Positions 10,762-22,525 of a DNA stretch of 64,000 nucleotides are shown here, in pieces. A program made the translations under genes and the position numbers. Positions within the stretch are counted from its first letter, which is position 1, and the number at the start of each line of letters is the position of its first letter. Origin of the DNA: an uncultured Nitrospiraceae bacterium (lineage in GTDB: Bacteria; Nitrospirota; Thermodesulfovibrionia; Thermodesulfovibrionales; Dissulfurispiraceae); the NCBI GenBank assembly GCA_963705105.1, contig CAVPIW010000014.1, positions 224,001 to 288,000 on the forward strand. Direction: 5' to 3'. A model generated the notes under the pieces. The model saw only the letters and a program-made list of their open reading frames with translations, made no database searches and had not been told where the DNA came from.

Positions 10762-11637
10762 ATGATCAGAAATGACCTTACATTCCTCCGTCCTCAGGTC
10801 CTCACCTTCATCAACATCTTCCTTGCCGTCATCATCGTTCTCGCTGCCCTCGTGCTCGCCCGGGACGTGCTGACCTTCGCCTCCAGAAAGCCGCTGACGC
10901 CCCTGAAGGCGGCGGGATCAGCGGACAAGGGACAAGCCGCGGACACCCTCCAGTCCTACGAGCCCATCGTCAGGAACAACTTCTTCGGCGCGCCGGGAGG
11001 CCCGCTGAAGCCCCTGACTGCTTCGAAAGACGGCGGACAGGCACAGTCCGACAAGTCCCTTGTCGGGACGGTTGCGCCGGTCCAGGGTTACAAGGGATAT
11101 GCGATTTTCATGGACAAGTCAGGGACGCAGGAAGTCATCAAGGTGGGGGACAAAGTCCCCGGTATGGGCCGCCTCGAAAAAGTGGACAGGGACAAGGCCA
11201 CTGTGCGGGGTGACGCCGGGACCGTCGTCGTCCCCCTTGTCGACATTGTGAAGATAACGGATGTGCACACGGCCCAGAGCGGAGGCGGAGCATCCGACTT
11301 TGCCAGGCCCGTGGGAACGGGCAGCTTCATCGTCGACCAGAAGAAGATCCTCCAGGCCCTCGAAAACCCTAACCAGCTCATGACGGACGCCCGGCTGACG
11401 CCGAACGTCGTCAACGACCGCCAGGAGGGCTTCATGCTCCGCGAAGTCAGGGAAGGCGGCATTTACAGGAATCTCGGGCTGCAGAACGGTGATGTTCTTT
11501 TGCGCATTAATGATTATAATATCTCGAACCCGGAAAACGCCCTGCAGGCCTTCTCGGCGCTCCGGGGCATGGACAGGGTCCAGCTGGATATCATTCGCGG
11601 CGGCAACAAGATGAACCTGAACTACCAGATTCGGTGA
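10762..11637 (+). CDS. gspC: Type II secretion protein GspC (TM, HR domain, PDZ)
   Basis: N-terminal TM; 'RNNFFG'; PDZ 'LGLQNGDVLLRIN'; lies upstream of the secretin. Alternative start 10744. Confidence 0.85.
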   Translation: MIRNDLTFLRPQVLTFINIFLAVIIVLAALVLARDVLTFASRKPLTPLKAAGSADKGQAADTLQSYEPIVRNNFFGAPGGPLKPLTASKDGGQAQSDKSLVGTVAPVQGYKGYAIFMDKSGTQEVIKVGDKVPGMGRLEKVDRDKATVRGDAGTVVVPLVDIVKITDVHTAQSGGGASDFARPVGTGSFIVDQKKILQALENPNQLMTDARLTPNVVNDRQEGFMLREVREGGIYRNLGLQNGDVLLRINDYNISNPENALQAFSALRGMDRVQLDIIRGGNKMNLNYQIR

Positions 11638-11653
11638 CACAGAGGATGAAATC

Positions 11654-13915
11654 TTGAAAAGCGGGACTGAGATAATCATTGTCGCTGTCAGCAAGACTTT
11701 GAGACACTTTGCCCTGCCGTTGCCATGCAACCTGAATATGATGAACCATGCGATCATCTTTCTTTTCGTCATACCTCTTCTCCTTTCACTCCTGCTCACG
11801 CCGGTCCTGCCGGTTCATAACGCCTGTGCGGCTCCCCGGGAAAGTCACCCGGCCGATCAGAAGGTGACCGTCAACTTCGTCGATGTGGACCTGACGGTGG
11901 TGACGAAATTCATCAGCGAGGTGACGAAGAAGAACTTCATTTACGATGAACGCGTCAAGGGGAAGATAACGATCATCGCGCCATCGAAGCTCAGCATCGA
12001 AGACGCGTTCAGCCTCTTCACATCCGTTCTCGACCTCAAGGGGTTCACCGTCGTGCCCTCCGGCGTCAACGCCTATAAGATCATCCCCTCTTCCGAGGCG
12101 AAACAGCGCGGCGTTACGATCGTGAGCGATCGGAAACCGGTGAACGAAAGTTACATGGCCCGGCTCATTCCGCTGAAAAACGTCTCCTCCGATGACGCCC
12201 TGAAATTCATCCAGCCCATCGTGTCGAAGGACGGGTATGCATCGTCCTTCGGTCCCGGCAATTTGCTCCTCGTCATCGACTCGGGCCTGAACATGGAGAA
12301 GGTCCTCTCCATCATCGAGAGCATCGACCAGCCGTCCATGAGGGAGGGCCCGGAGATCGTGTATCTCAAACATTCCAGCGCCGATGCCGTGGCGAAGATC
12401 ATCAACGAAGGGTCCGTCCGCAGATCGCGGGCGGTTCCGCAGCCCGCTACCGGTGAGGACGCCAAGGCCGTGGCGGACCAGCGGCTGAACGCCGTCGTGA
12501 TCTTCGGGGACAAGGGCGCGAGGGAATCCATGAAATCCCTGATCGCACTGCTCGATGTTCCTTCTCCGGAAATGCAGGGGAGGATCAACGTCTACTTCCT
12601 CGAGCATGCCGACGCCTCGGAGCTCGTCAAGGTGATCGAGGGGATCATACGGGGAGGCCAGCAGCGCCAGCAGGCCGCTGCAGCGCCCGGAGGGGCGCCG
12701 GTCACGCCCTTCGAGGCGGCCGGGGGCATCACGGTGACGGCCGACAAGGCCACCAACTCCCTGGTCATCGTCGCCTCTCCCTCCGACTATCAGAACCTGC
12801 TGCAGGTGATCAGGCAGCTCGACAGGCAGCGAAGGCAGGTCTTCGTCGAGGCGATGATCGTCGAGGCGTCGATAGACAAGCTGAGAGAGCTGGGCATCAA
12901 ATGGAGGGCCACGGTCCAAAAGGACGGTGAGCCCATCGTGATCGGAGGATTCGGTACCATTGATTCGGCAGCGGTCCAGACCATCCTCACCGGCCTCCAG
13001 GGCGCCACCCTCGGGGGGCTTGGTAACTTCCTCGATGTGCCCTTCACGACGGTCCGGCCCGACGGTTCCGTCGTCAAGTCGACACTGACCATCCCGGGTT
13101 TCGCCGCTCTCTTCAACCTGAACGAGTTCAAGGACTCGATCAATGTCCTGTCGACACCGCAGATCCTCACGTCGGACAACAAGGAGGCGGAGATCGTCGT
13201 CGGTGAAAACGTGCCGTTCATCAGCAAGCGGGAGTCGGATCCGACGAGGACGGCGTCGGTCTTCAGCACGATCGAGCGGAAGGACGTGGGCATCATCCTG
13301 AAGCTCACCCCCCAGATCACCGAGGGGGACCATGTGAAACTGAACATCTATCAGGAGATCTCGGCGCTGAAAAACGAATCGGAAGTCGTCGCCATCACCG
13401 TCGGGCCGAGCATCACGAAGCGGGCGACGACGACGTCCGTCGTGGTAAAGGACCGGCAGACCGTCATCATCGGCGGCCTCATGCAGGAGCGGATCGAGGA
13501 CAACCTCACGAAGGTGCCTTTCTTCGGGGACCTCCCCCTGCTGGGATACCTCTTCCGGAGCAGGAGCACGTCGAGGGAAAAAACGAACCTCCTCGTTTTT
13601 CTCACACCCCATGTCGTGAAGCAGGCGGAGACTCTCGATGCGATAACCGAGACGAAACGGAAGGAGTTCGCCATTGCCGAAGGCAGATATACCCCGGGGG
13701 AGGTCCTCGTGAAATTCAAGGAGGGAGTCACGAGGGAGCGGGCCGTCGAAATTATCAGTGAAAGAGGCTCCGTCATCATAGGCTTCATCCAGGCTGCCGG
13801 CATTTATCACCTGAAGCTCAGGGAGAAACTGCCCGTCGAGGAAGGGGTGAAGGAATTCGGCCTCTACCCTGAAGTGAAATACGCTGAGCCGAACTACACG
13901 ATCAAGATGCAGTGA
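11654..13915 (+). CDS. gspD: T2SS secretin GspD with an extra C-terminal subtilase-propeptide-like domain
   Basis: N0-N3 domains; secretin motifs 'QVFVEAMIVE', 'STPQILTSDNKEAEIVVG', 'KVPFFGDLPLLGYLFRS'. Start is TTG 11654 or ATG 11738. Confidence 0.95.
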   Translation: MKSGTEIIIVAVSKTLRHFALPLPCNLNMMNHAIIFLFVIPLLLSLLLTPVLPVHNACAAPRESHPADQKVTVNFVDVDLTVVTKFISEVTKKNFIYDERVKGKITIIAPSKLSIEDAFSLFTSVLDLKGFTVVPSGVNAYKIIPSSEAKQRGVTIVSDRKPVNESYMARLIPLKNVSSDDALKFIQPIVSKDGYASSFGPGNLLLVIDSGLNMEKVLSIIESIDQPSMREGPEIVYLKHSSADAVAKIINEGSVRRSRAVPQPATGEDAKAVADQRLNAVVIFGDKGARESMKSLIALLDVPSPEMQGRINVYFLEHADASELVKVIEGIIRGGQQRQQAAAAPGGAPVTPFEAAGGITVTADKATNSLVIVASPSDYQNLLQVIRQLDRQRRQVFVEAMIVEASIDKLRELGIKWRATVQKDGEPIVIGGFGTIDSAAVQTILTGLQGATLGGLGNFLDVPFTTVRPDGSVVKSTLTIPGFAALFNLNEFKDSINVLSTPQILTSDNKEAEIVVGENVPFISKRESDPTRTASVFSTIERKDVGIILKLTPQITEGDHVKLNIYQEISALKNESEVVAITVGPSITKRATTTSVVVKDRQTVIIGGLMQERIEDNLTKVPFFGDLPLLGYLFRSRSTSREKTNLLVFLTPHVVKQAETLDAITETKRKEFAIAEGRYTPGEVLVKFKEGVTRERAVEIISERGSVIIGFIQAAGIYHLKLREKLPVEEGVKEFGLYPEVKYAEPNYTIKMQ

Positions 13916-13918
13916 CAA

Positions 13919-14130
13919 TGACCTGATCGTTGCACAAGCCCCCCGGAAAAGGCGGGGCGAAGATGCCGACAAGTCTTGCTGCTAAGACACCTTATCAATC
14001 GTCAGACCACCGTTTAAGGGGAATGTTCAACTGCGTAAAATTCAATCGATGAGAACCGGCACTGCAATGATCAATGTCGCATTCAGCAAGACGGCGCGGC
14101 GCTTTGCCCAGCCTTTCCATGCAACCACGG
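13919..14130. repeat. Degenerate copy of the MITE-like palindromic family
   Basis: acctgatcgttgca..ggaaaaggcggggcgaag ... gctttgcccagcctttccatgcaac ends are shared with other copies. Confidence 0.75.
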
Positions 14131-14149
14131 CAATTCTATATGTCGCCCG

Positions 14150-14733
14150 ATGAAGACGACCCTCCCGGCACAGCGCAGACACATCCCTTTCAAATGGCTT
14201 CTCCTTTCTTACTGCGGCGTCATCATCGCAGCTATCCTCGTCCATGTCGCTGAAGTCCCCTTTGCTCCCGCCCTCGTCGCCCTGAGCCTCGCCGTCCCGC
14301 CGCTCCTTCTCCAGAGGGGGATCAATCTCTTCCTGTCGCCGAAAGACATGCTGGCGGGTCTCCTCGTTTCCCTCGGCGTTCTCATTCCCTATGCAGCGTG
14401 GATGTTTGCCGCGGGACGCGGTTTCACCATGCCTTCAGCGCTGACCGTCCTTCATCAGACCGTCTTCGTCGCCTTTCCCGAAGAGACCTTCTTCCGGGGC
14501 TTTTTGCAGGAACAGTTTGGGAACACCTTTGCCGGGATCTTTATCGTGAGCGCCCTTTTCGCCCTGGCCCATCTCCCCCGGGCCGCCCTGACAGGGGATT
14601 GGTCGGCGCTGCTGACTTTCTTCCCCTCCCTTGTCATGGGAGGGCTGTACTGGAAGACGGGCAACGTCCTGCCGGGGATCGTCTTTCATGTGCTCTCCAA
14701 TATCGCCCACAACGGCTTTGCGGGGCAGCCGGG

Positions 14734-14737
<4 letters not shown>
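14150..14737 (+). CDS. CPBP (CAAX protease II/Abi) glutamic intramembrane protease, myxosortase/MrtJ-like
   Basis: EExxFR 'FPEETFFRG', 'FALAH', 'HVLSN'; hydrophobic; stop overlaps the gspE start (ATGA). Confidence 0.9.
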
Positions 14738-16252
<1,515 letters not shown>

Positions 16253-16272
<20 letters not shown>

Positions 16273-17428
16273 GGGCTACAGGGCCGACGGGACGGAGGCT
16301 GCGGGGACGATCGAGGCGTCGGGCCAGTCCGAGGCCCTCGACCGGGTGAAGGCCGAAGGCATCTTCCCGAGCAGTGTCACCGAGCCCCGGGCCGCGACGC
16401 AGAGACGTTTCTTTCAAAGGGTCGATGAGACCTTTCTTCCCGCACTGACGCGCCAGCTCTCGATTCTCCTCTCCGCCGGCGTCCCCCTCATGGAGGCCCT
16501 CGCCTCGCTCTCCCGTGAATACGAGGGCTTCTATCAGCAGCTGCTCATCTCCGTCAAAGAGCGCGTGGCAGGGGGAGCGGGCCTTCACCGCGCCCTCGAA
16601 GACTTCGGCGATTTCTTTCCCGATTTCTATATCAGCATGATTCAGGCGGGTGAGATGAGCGGCAGCCTCGACAGGGTCCTCACGAAGCTCTCCGATTTTC
16701 TCGAACGGCAGCAGGACATACGGTCGAAGGTGCGGTCGGCCATGATCTACCCGCTCCTCATGATGGGCGTTAGCATCGTCGTGCTCTCCTTCCTCTTCAC
16801 CTTCGTCATACCGAAGATCGTCAAAATATTCAAGGACACCCAGAGTACACTGCCCCCGGTGACGCAGGTGCTTATCTTCGTCAGCAACGTGTTCACGAAC
16901 TATTGGTGGCTCCTGATCATCGTCGTCGCGCTGATCGCGGCCTTGGTGAAGAGGTTTGTCAGAACGCAGAGACCTCTCGTCGACAGGCTGCTCCTCAGCA
17001 TGCCCGGCGGCGTCATGAAAAGCCTCTGTTACGGACGCTTCGCTCGGACGATGGCCTTCCTCCTCGAAGGCGGTCTGCCCGTTCTGAAGGCCCTCAGCCT
17101 CTCCGCCAAATCGACGGGCAACACCGATATCGAGGCATCCGTCCGCCGCGCCGCAGAGAGGGTCACGGAGGGACAGCGGCTGTCGGCGGCACTCGACGGT
17201 TTTCCGCCCGTCTTCCTGCAGCTCGTCGCCACCGGGGAAAAGAGCGGCAGGCTGCCGGAGACGCTGAACAAGGCGGCGGACTCCTATGAAGATGAGTTCA
17301 GCCGCTCCATGGGCAGGGTCGTGGCGCTCTTCGAGCCCCTCATGATCCTCGTCATGGGCCTCGTCGTCGGCTTCATCGTCCTCGCCGTCCTGCTTCCCAT
17401 GTTCCAGCTCAACCAGTTGATCAAGTAG
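16253..17428 (+). CDS. gspF: T2SS inner-membrane platform protein GspF
   Basis: 'TRQLSILLSAGVPL', 'AGEMSGSL', 'AMIYP', 'GEKSGRL', 'EPLMI'. Confidence 0.95.
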
Positions 17429-17673
17429 GACAGGAGACATCCGCTACTCGTCAAGCCAGTCCGTTGCCGGCACTGCAAGAAAGTCGTATGGATCATTCCT
17501 TCATAGAAGGATGGATACTTAAGCATCGATGCGGGTACTGGAGAAACGATATGGCATCATCTGCCGTATTGCATTGAAAGCGATCAACTGACTGTGGAGC
17601 CTGGGCATGAAGGCAGCTAATCGGGTAAGGGACGTTAGTTGACCGTCCCTCCCGGAAACACCCACCGTGCGAG

Positions 17674-17832
17674 ATGGAGCCCAGGCCGTGTGGCGCAAAG
17701 AAACTGAAGGAAACACCGTACTACAGGATCCGCAGCGGAGATTTCAGAATTGTTTACAGCATCGATGACAAAGCAGAACTTGTCAAAATCCTCTCCATCG
17801 GTGACCGCAAAGACGTTTACAGATTGCTCTGA
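17674..17832 (+). pseudogene. C-terminal fragment of a RelE/ParE-family toxin
   Basis: Own translation MEPRPCGAKKLKETPYYRIRSGDFRIVYSIDDKAELVKILSIGDRKDVYRLL; in-frame TAA at 17626; no N-terminal half or antitoxin. Confidence 0.75.
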
Positions 17833-18117
17833 CCTTTCTCGCAAGCAAACCACAACATCCCGCCGTCGATGCATGATATCCGAAGAAGAAAATCTGTCGT
17901 CACTTCTTGCATCCGCTTTTAATTTCTATATAACAGAAAATATCTGCCTTGTCTTGACATTTTTTCTCTTTTTTTTGATCTTTCTTGCTTTTCTGTCGGT
18001 ATTTATGAGACTGGTGATGATTGTAGGCGATAGACACGCAGTCACCCCCCCACTGCCAACCTCGATTATTGTTTGCAAGGGTTTACTGTCTCCTCTTTAT
18101 TCAGGTACAATACGGAC

Positions 18118-18582
18118 ATGTCAAACCCTGTAAAAAGCCAATCACGGACAATCGGCGGCTCCCGGGGCTTCACCCTCCTGGAGATCATCGTCGTCGTCTT
18201 CATCCTCAGTCTCCTCGCGGCGATCGTCGCACCCAGAATCATCGGCAGGACCGATGACGCGCGCATCGCCGAGGCGAAGGTGCAGATGAAGAACTTCGAG
18301 ACGGCCCTCAAGCTTTTCAAGATGGACAGCGGTTTCTATCCCGACACGCAGCAGGGACTGGAAGCCCTCACGGAGAAACCGACAACGGGCCGCATTCCGC
18401 AGAGCTACCGCGAGGGAGGATACCTGGAGCAGAAAAAGATCCCTCCCGATCCCTGGAACAATCCCTATGTGTACGTCTCCCCGGGCCTGAACGGCGATTT
18501 CGACATCCTGAGCTACGGGGCCGACGGGAAGGAAGGCGGAGAGGGGATCAATGCCGACATCAAGAACTGGGAGATCCGCTGA
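18118..18582 (+). CDS. gspG: Major pseudopilin GspG
   Basis: G|FTLLE prepilin site; 'YPDTQQGLEAL', 'DPWNNPY', 'SYGADGKEGGEG'. Confidence 0.97.
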   Translation: MSNPVKSQSRTIGGSRGFTLLEIIVVVFILSLLAAIVAPRIIGRTDDARIAEAKVQMKNFETALKLFKMDSGFYPDTQQGLEALTEKPTTGRIPQSYREGGYLEQKKIPPDPWNNPYVYVSPGLNGDFDILSYGADGKEGGEGINADIKNWEIR

Positions 18583-19009
18583 GGGTTTTACCCTCCTTGA
18601 GCTCATCGTCGCGGTTTCCCTCCTTTCCCTGTTTCTCGCACTTGCACTCCCCTCGCTGAGTTCCGTCGGCGAGAGGCGGCTCAACGCCGAGGCGAAAAAG
18701 GTCGCCTCCATTGTCAGGTATCTCAACGATTCCTCCCTCACGGCAAAGGAGGAACACACCCTTTCCGTGGACTTCGCGGGCAGGACGTTGGCCTACAAAG
18801 GGCCGGAAGGGGAGAAATCAGAGACCTTTGCCTATCTTGCGGGGATCGACATCCAGTCAAGGGGAATGGTCACCGATGGTCAGATCATCCTTTTCTTCAC
18901 CCCCCTCGGTTCACGTGAAGGCTTCACGGTCCTGCTCAAGGATGAGAAATCGTCCCTCTCGGTGGTATTCAATCCCCTGAGCGGACGGGTCAAGATCAAA
19001 CCCTCATGA
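18551..19009 (+). CDS. gspH: Minor pseudopilin GspH
   Basis: G|FTLLE motif; overlaps the end of gspG. Confidence 0.8.
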   Translation: MPTSRTGRSAEGFTLLELIVAVSLLSLFLALALPSLSSVGERRLNAEAKKVASIVRYLNDSSLTAKEEHTLSVDFAGRTLAYKGPEGEKSETFAYLAGIDIQSRGMVTDGQIILFFTPLGSREGFTVLLKDEKSSLSVVFNPLSGRVKIKPS

Positions 19010-19057
19010 GACATCATCTGTGTTTCCGGCATAATCTGAGTGTTGCAGAGATCTTTG

Positions 19058-19344
19058 GGAAAGGCGGGGCGAAGATGCCACCAAGAACGGTCGACTGTCG
19101 GAACAAGCCTACGAACACCGGGGCGGGGAGGCTGATGTGGTGAAAAGTCTTTCCGCTAAGATACCTTGTTCGTCCCCGGACCACCCCTTGCCGTGTCTGT
19201 CGATACCCGATGCCCGTCAGGCAACAGGCGCTGAACACCTTGAGATGCCTCATCATCGCATTGGAAAGGCTTTGAACCATATCCGCCTCCCCGGCGGCAA
19301 CGTCGCAATCAACAAGGCTTTGAGGCGCTTTGCCCCGCCTTTCC
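19058..19344. repeat. MITE-like element (long subtype) between gspH and gspI
   Basis: ggaaaggcggggcgaag ... ctttgccccgcctttcc inverted ends; body matches 26135-26360 and the split copy at 23951-24712. Confidence 0.85.
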
Positions 19345-19712
19345 ACGCGCCGGATAGATCATCATCACGGCGCCGGGGCAGCGGGGGGTTCACCCTCCTG
19401 GAAGTGATGATCAGCCTCGCCATCACGGGCGGCCTGCTCGTCACCCTCATCTATACGCTCAATTATCATCTCGGCGTCGCCGAGAGACACGCCATCGTGA
19501 CGACAGCGACGAACCTCGCCAGGGAAAAACTCGTAGAGATGGAAAAGACGCCGGCAACGCAGAAAGGCGAGTTCCCCGAGCCCTACGCGTCTTTCTCCTA
19601 CGAGACCGCCGTCAAGGCTTCGTCGTTCCCGGGGATGTCGGAGATCTCCGTCACCGTGACAAGCGGCAGGGAGGAGATGACCCTGCGGGAACTCATTCGC
19701 TCGTCGCGATGA
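19137..19712 (+). CDS. gspI: Minor pseudopilin GspI (start codon lies inside the repeat element)
   Basis: 'RRRGSGG|FTLLEVMISLAI'; sits between gspH and gspJ; start uncertain. Confidence 0.8.
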   Translation: MVKSLSAKIPCSSPDHPLPCLSIPDARQATGAEHLEMPHHRIGKALNHIRLPGGNVAINKALRRFAPPFHAPDRSSSRRRGSGGFTLLEVMISLAITGGLLVTLIYTLNYHLGVAERHAIVTTATNLAREKLVEMEKTPATQKGEFPEPYASFSYETAVKASSFPGMSEISVTVTSGREEMTLRELIRSSR

Positions 19713-20347
19713 GGAAGGAAACGGCAGTGCGAGACCGCGGGTTCACCCTCCTGGAGGTCCTTCTCTCCATCGCCCTTGTCGCCGTCGTCATCACCGTCCT
19801 GTACAGCACCTTTTTCCTCTCCCGGCGGGCTGTCGACGCCGTCGACGATTCCCTCCTAAGGCTTCAAGAGTGCCGGTCCGCCCTCGACCTGATGAGGAGG
19901 GAGATGGAATCGGCCTACCTCAGAGACGAAAAGCACACCCTCTTCAAGATCGAAGACAGGGACTTCTTCGGCAGGCAGACATCGCAGGTGACCTTCACGT
20001 CATTCACGCCGCAGGCCACGGGACTCGCAAAGATCACCTACCGGATCGACGAGGAGGAGGGGCAGTTGATGCTCACGAAGAAGATCGTCATGCCCTTTGC
20101 CCGGACCGAGGAGCCCCAGGCTGTCCCCCTGATCGAGGATGTGGAGTCCTTCACCGTAGAAGTCCGCTTCAATGACCGCTGGGTCAGGACATGGGATACG
20201 GCGGTGACAACAAAAGCTCCCGAGGAGATCAGGATATCCCTCGGCGTGCCCCTCAAACGCCGGGAGGGCCTGTCGGGTGACGCCCGTCAGGCAACGGGAT
20301 ACCGCCTGGTCGAGACGGTGCAGCCGAGACGGGGGAGGGTCCCGTGA
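19709..20347 (+). CDS. gspJ: Minor pseudopilin GspJ
   Basis: 'RG|FTLLEVLLS'; 'WVRTWD', 'PEEIRI'. Confidence 0.85.
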   Translation: MRKETAVRDRGFTLLEVLLSIALVAVVITVLYSTFFLSRRAVDAVDDSLLRLQECRSALDLMRREMESAYLRDEKHTLFKIEDRDFFGRQTSQVTFTSFTPQATGLAKITYRIDEEEGQLMLTKKIVMPFARTEEPQAVPLIEDVESFTVEVRFNDRWVRTWDTAVTTKAPEEIRISLGVPLKRREGLSGDARQATGYRLVETVQPRRGRVP

Positions 20348-21219
20348 GGTCTATCGTACGCTCCGAGCAGGGCATGGCCCTCATTCTCACAATCATGATC
20401 CTTGCCGTGATCACGGCGATGGTGATCGAGTTCGCCTACGGGGTCTTCACGGCCACATCGGCTCTTTACAACTGGAGGGACGGCCAGCGGCTCTCGGCCG
20501 TTGCGCTCTCCGGGGTCCGTCTCGCGGTAAAGACGCTCAACGACATTCCCGAGAGAGAGCTCTACCGGTTTACGGGGAACCTCGAGATCCCTGTCGAAAG
20601 TGTGTTCGAGGGATTTTCGGGCACGCTCATGATGACCGTGACGGACGAGAACGGGAAGTTCAACCTCAATGCGTTGTCCCGGTCCGGCCGGGACAGGAGA
20701 CCGTACGAAGCGCTGCAGTCGCTGTTGCGGTCGATCGGTGTCGACCTCGCCGTCGCCGACAGGATCGCCGACTGGGTCGACAGCGACAGCGAACCCCGTC
20801 TCCGCGACTCCGAGGAGGGCGCGAAGAACGGGCCCCTCGACAGCCCGGACGAACTCCTGTTCATCAAAGGCATCGACCGTGAGACCTACGACCGTCTCAT
20901 GCCCCATGTAACGATTTACGGGATGGAGGGGCGGGAAGACTCGCTCAAGATCAATATCAATAGCGCTTCCATCCCTGTTATAATGTCTGTCAATACGATA
21001 GACAGGAGCGAAGCCGAGAAGGTGAGGGACCTCAGGCCCTTCAAAGATGTAAGCGCCGCCCGGGCCTCAAGCAGCGCTCTCGGGACGGACATCGCCGTTG
21101 TACCGACGAACCTGCGCATCACCGCCGTCGCCGAAGAAAACAGGATCAGGCGGATCATCGAGTGCGTCCTGAGGAGAGACGGCGCCCAGTCGACGGTCCT
21201 GTACTGGCGGGAGATGTAG
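20344..21219 (+). CDS. gspK: Minor pseudopilin GspK
   Basis: 'G|MALIL', 'DENGKFNLN', 'IADWVDSD', 'KNGPLDSPDEL', 'KININSA'. Confidence 0.92.
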   Translation: MRSIVRSEQGMALILTIMILAVITAMVIEFAYGVFTATSALYNWRDGQRLSAVALSGVRLAVKTLNDIPERELYRFTGNLEIPVESVFEGFSGTLMMTVTDENGKFNLNALSRSGRDRRPYEALQSLLRSIGVDLAVADRIADWVDSDSEPRLRDSEEGAKNGPLDSPDELLFIKGIDRETYDRLMPHVTIYGMEGREDSLKININSASIPVIMSVNTIDRSEAEKVRDLRPFKDVSAARASSSALGTDIAVVPTNLRITAVAEENRIRRIIECVLRRDGAQSTVLYWREM

Positions 21220-21228
21220 GGGACTTCA

Positions 21229-21448
21229 TGGACCTTATCGATGCATATGCCATCAGGGAAGGCGGGGTGTATGCGCCGAAAACCTTGATGCGGCGACACA
21301 TTAACCGTTACAGAAGACGACGTTTCAAACCAATGGTCGGCCACACAAAGAGTGGAATCCTGAAAGACGAACCTGACGAAGCGTATCATCGCCTTCAGCA
21401 AGGCTTTGAGGCGCTTCACCCCGCCTTCACATGCAGCTGGAAGGTTAT
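21229..21448. repeat. MITE-like element (short subtype) between gspK and gspL
   Basis: Co-linear with 41846-42065; reverse complement of 39535-39755 and 24129-24354. Confidence 0.88.
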
Positions 21449-21453
21449 CACAC

Positions 21454-22525
21454 GGTGAAAAAATCCGTCTTCGTCGACATCCGGCAGTGGGGCGGCCCCT
21501 CTGAGTCTCTCGTGCTCTACAGCTTCTCCGGCCGGGGCCGGGCCCTTCGCCATGAGACGACAGTTCCCCTCTCCGGAGGGACGATCCCGGCGGACCTTCA
21601 AAACAGCCATTTCACGGCCGGACTTCCCCTCAGCCTCCTGAACTTCCGGGTCCTCAGCGTCCCCTTTTCGGACAGGCAGAAGCTGAGGGACATATTGCCT
21701 TTTGAGCTCGACAGCCTCCTGCTCGGCGGCAGCGACCGGATTATTTTCGACTTCAGAATCCTCAGCGAGACCCAGGGCCAGGCCGAGGTGCTCGTCACAT
21801 ACGTGGAAAGGCAACTCCTCGGGACCGTCCTGCAGAGATTAACGCAGTCCGGTATCGACCCCGCCGTCGTCACGTCCCTTGAACTCAGAAAGGTGCTCCG
21901 GGCGGACCGGGCAGGGTTGGCCGAGTCCCTCCTGAGTCCGACCTCATTGGACGAAACGGAAAGGATCGACCTGGCAGGACAGGAGCTTTCCGATCCGACT
22001 GTCAATCTCCGGACAGGCCCCTTCGACTATACGAAAGACCGGGAGAAGGTGCGAAAGAAACTCCGGGTCGCGGCGATCCTCGCCCTTGTTGCCGCCGTCC
22101 TCATCAACGGCGACCTCGTTCTCAGGACGGTGACGGCCCGGCAGGAGACGTCGGCGCTCAACAGGGAGATGCGGAGATTCTATACGGAACTATTCCCCAA
22201 GGAGAAGAAGATCACCGACGAGGTGTACCAGTTGAAATCGCACCTCAAGGAGATCGGCGAGAGGGGAGACGCCCTGGCGGGAGCCCCGGCCCTTCCCTTC
22301 CTGATGAATATCTCGAAGTACAAGTCAGAGGGCGTTTCCGTCAGCGAGATCACCTTCGACCGCGATGCCGTAACGGTCAAGGGCGAGGCGGGCTCCATGG
22401 ACAACGTGGAGACATTCAAGAAAGGCCTTTCCGAAGTGCTCCGTGACGTCTCCGCTTCAGACATCAAGAGTTCCGTCGACAAGAAGACGCTCTTCACCGT
22501 CACAGGCAAATACAGGACGCGATGA
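21454..22525 (+). CDS. gspL: T2SS GspL
   Basis: 'FRVLSVPFSD..ILPFELD' cytoplasmic domain, one TM, periplasmic domain. GTG start 21454 (ORF from 21431). Confidence 0.8.

Noticed and set aside
11786..13972. Long antisense ORFs (also 16178-17440, 35713-37320, 61806-63587)
   Set aside because: Shadow frames of well-supported genes in GC-rich DNA, with no motifs.
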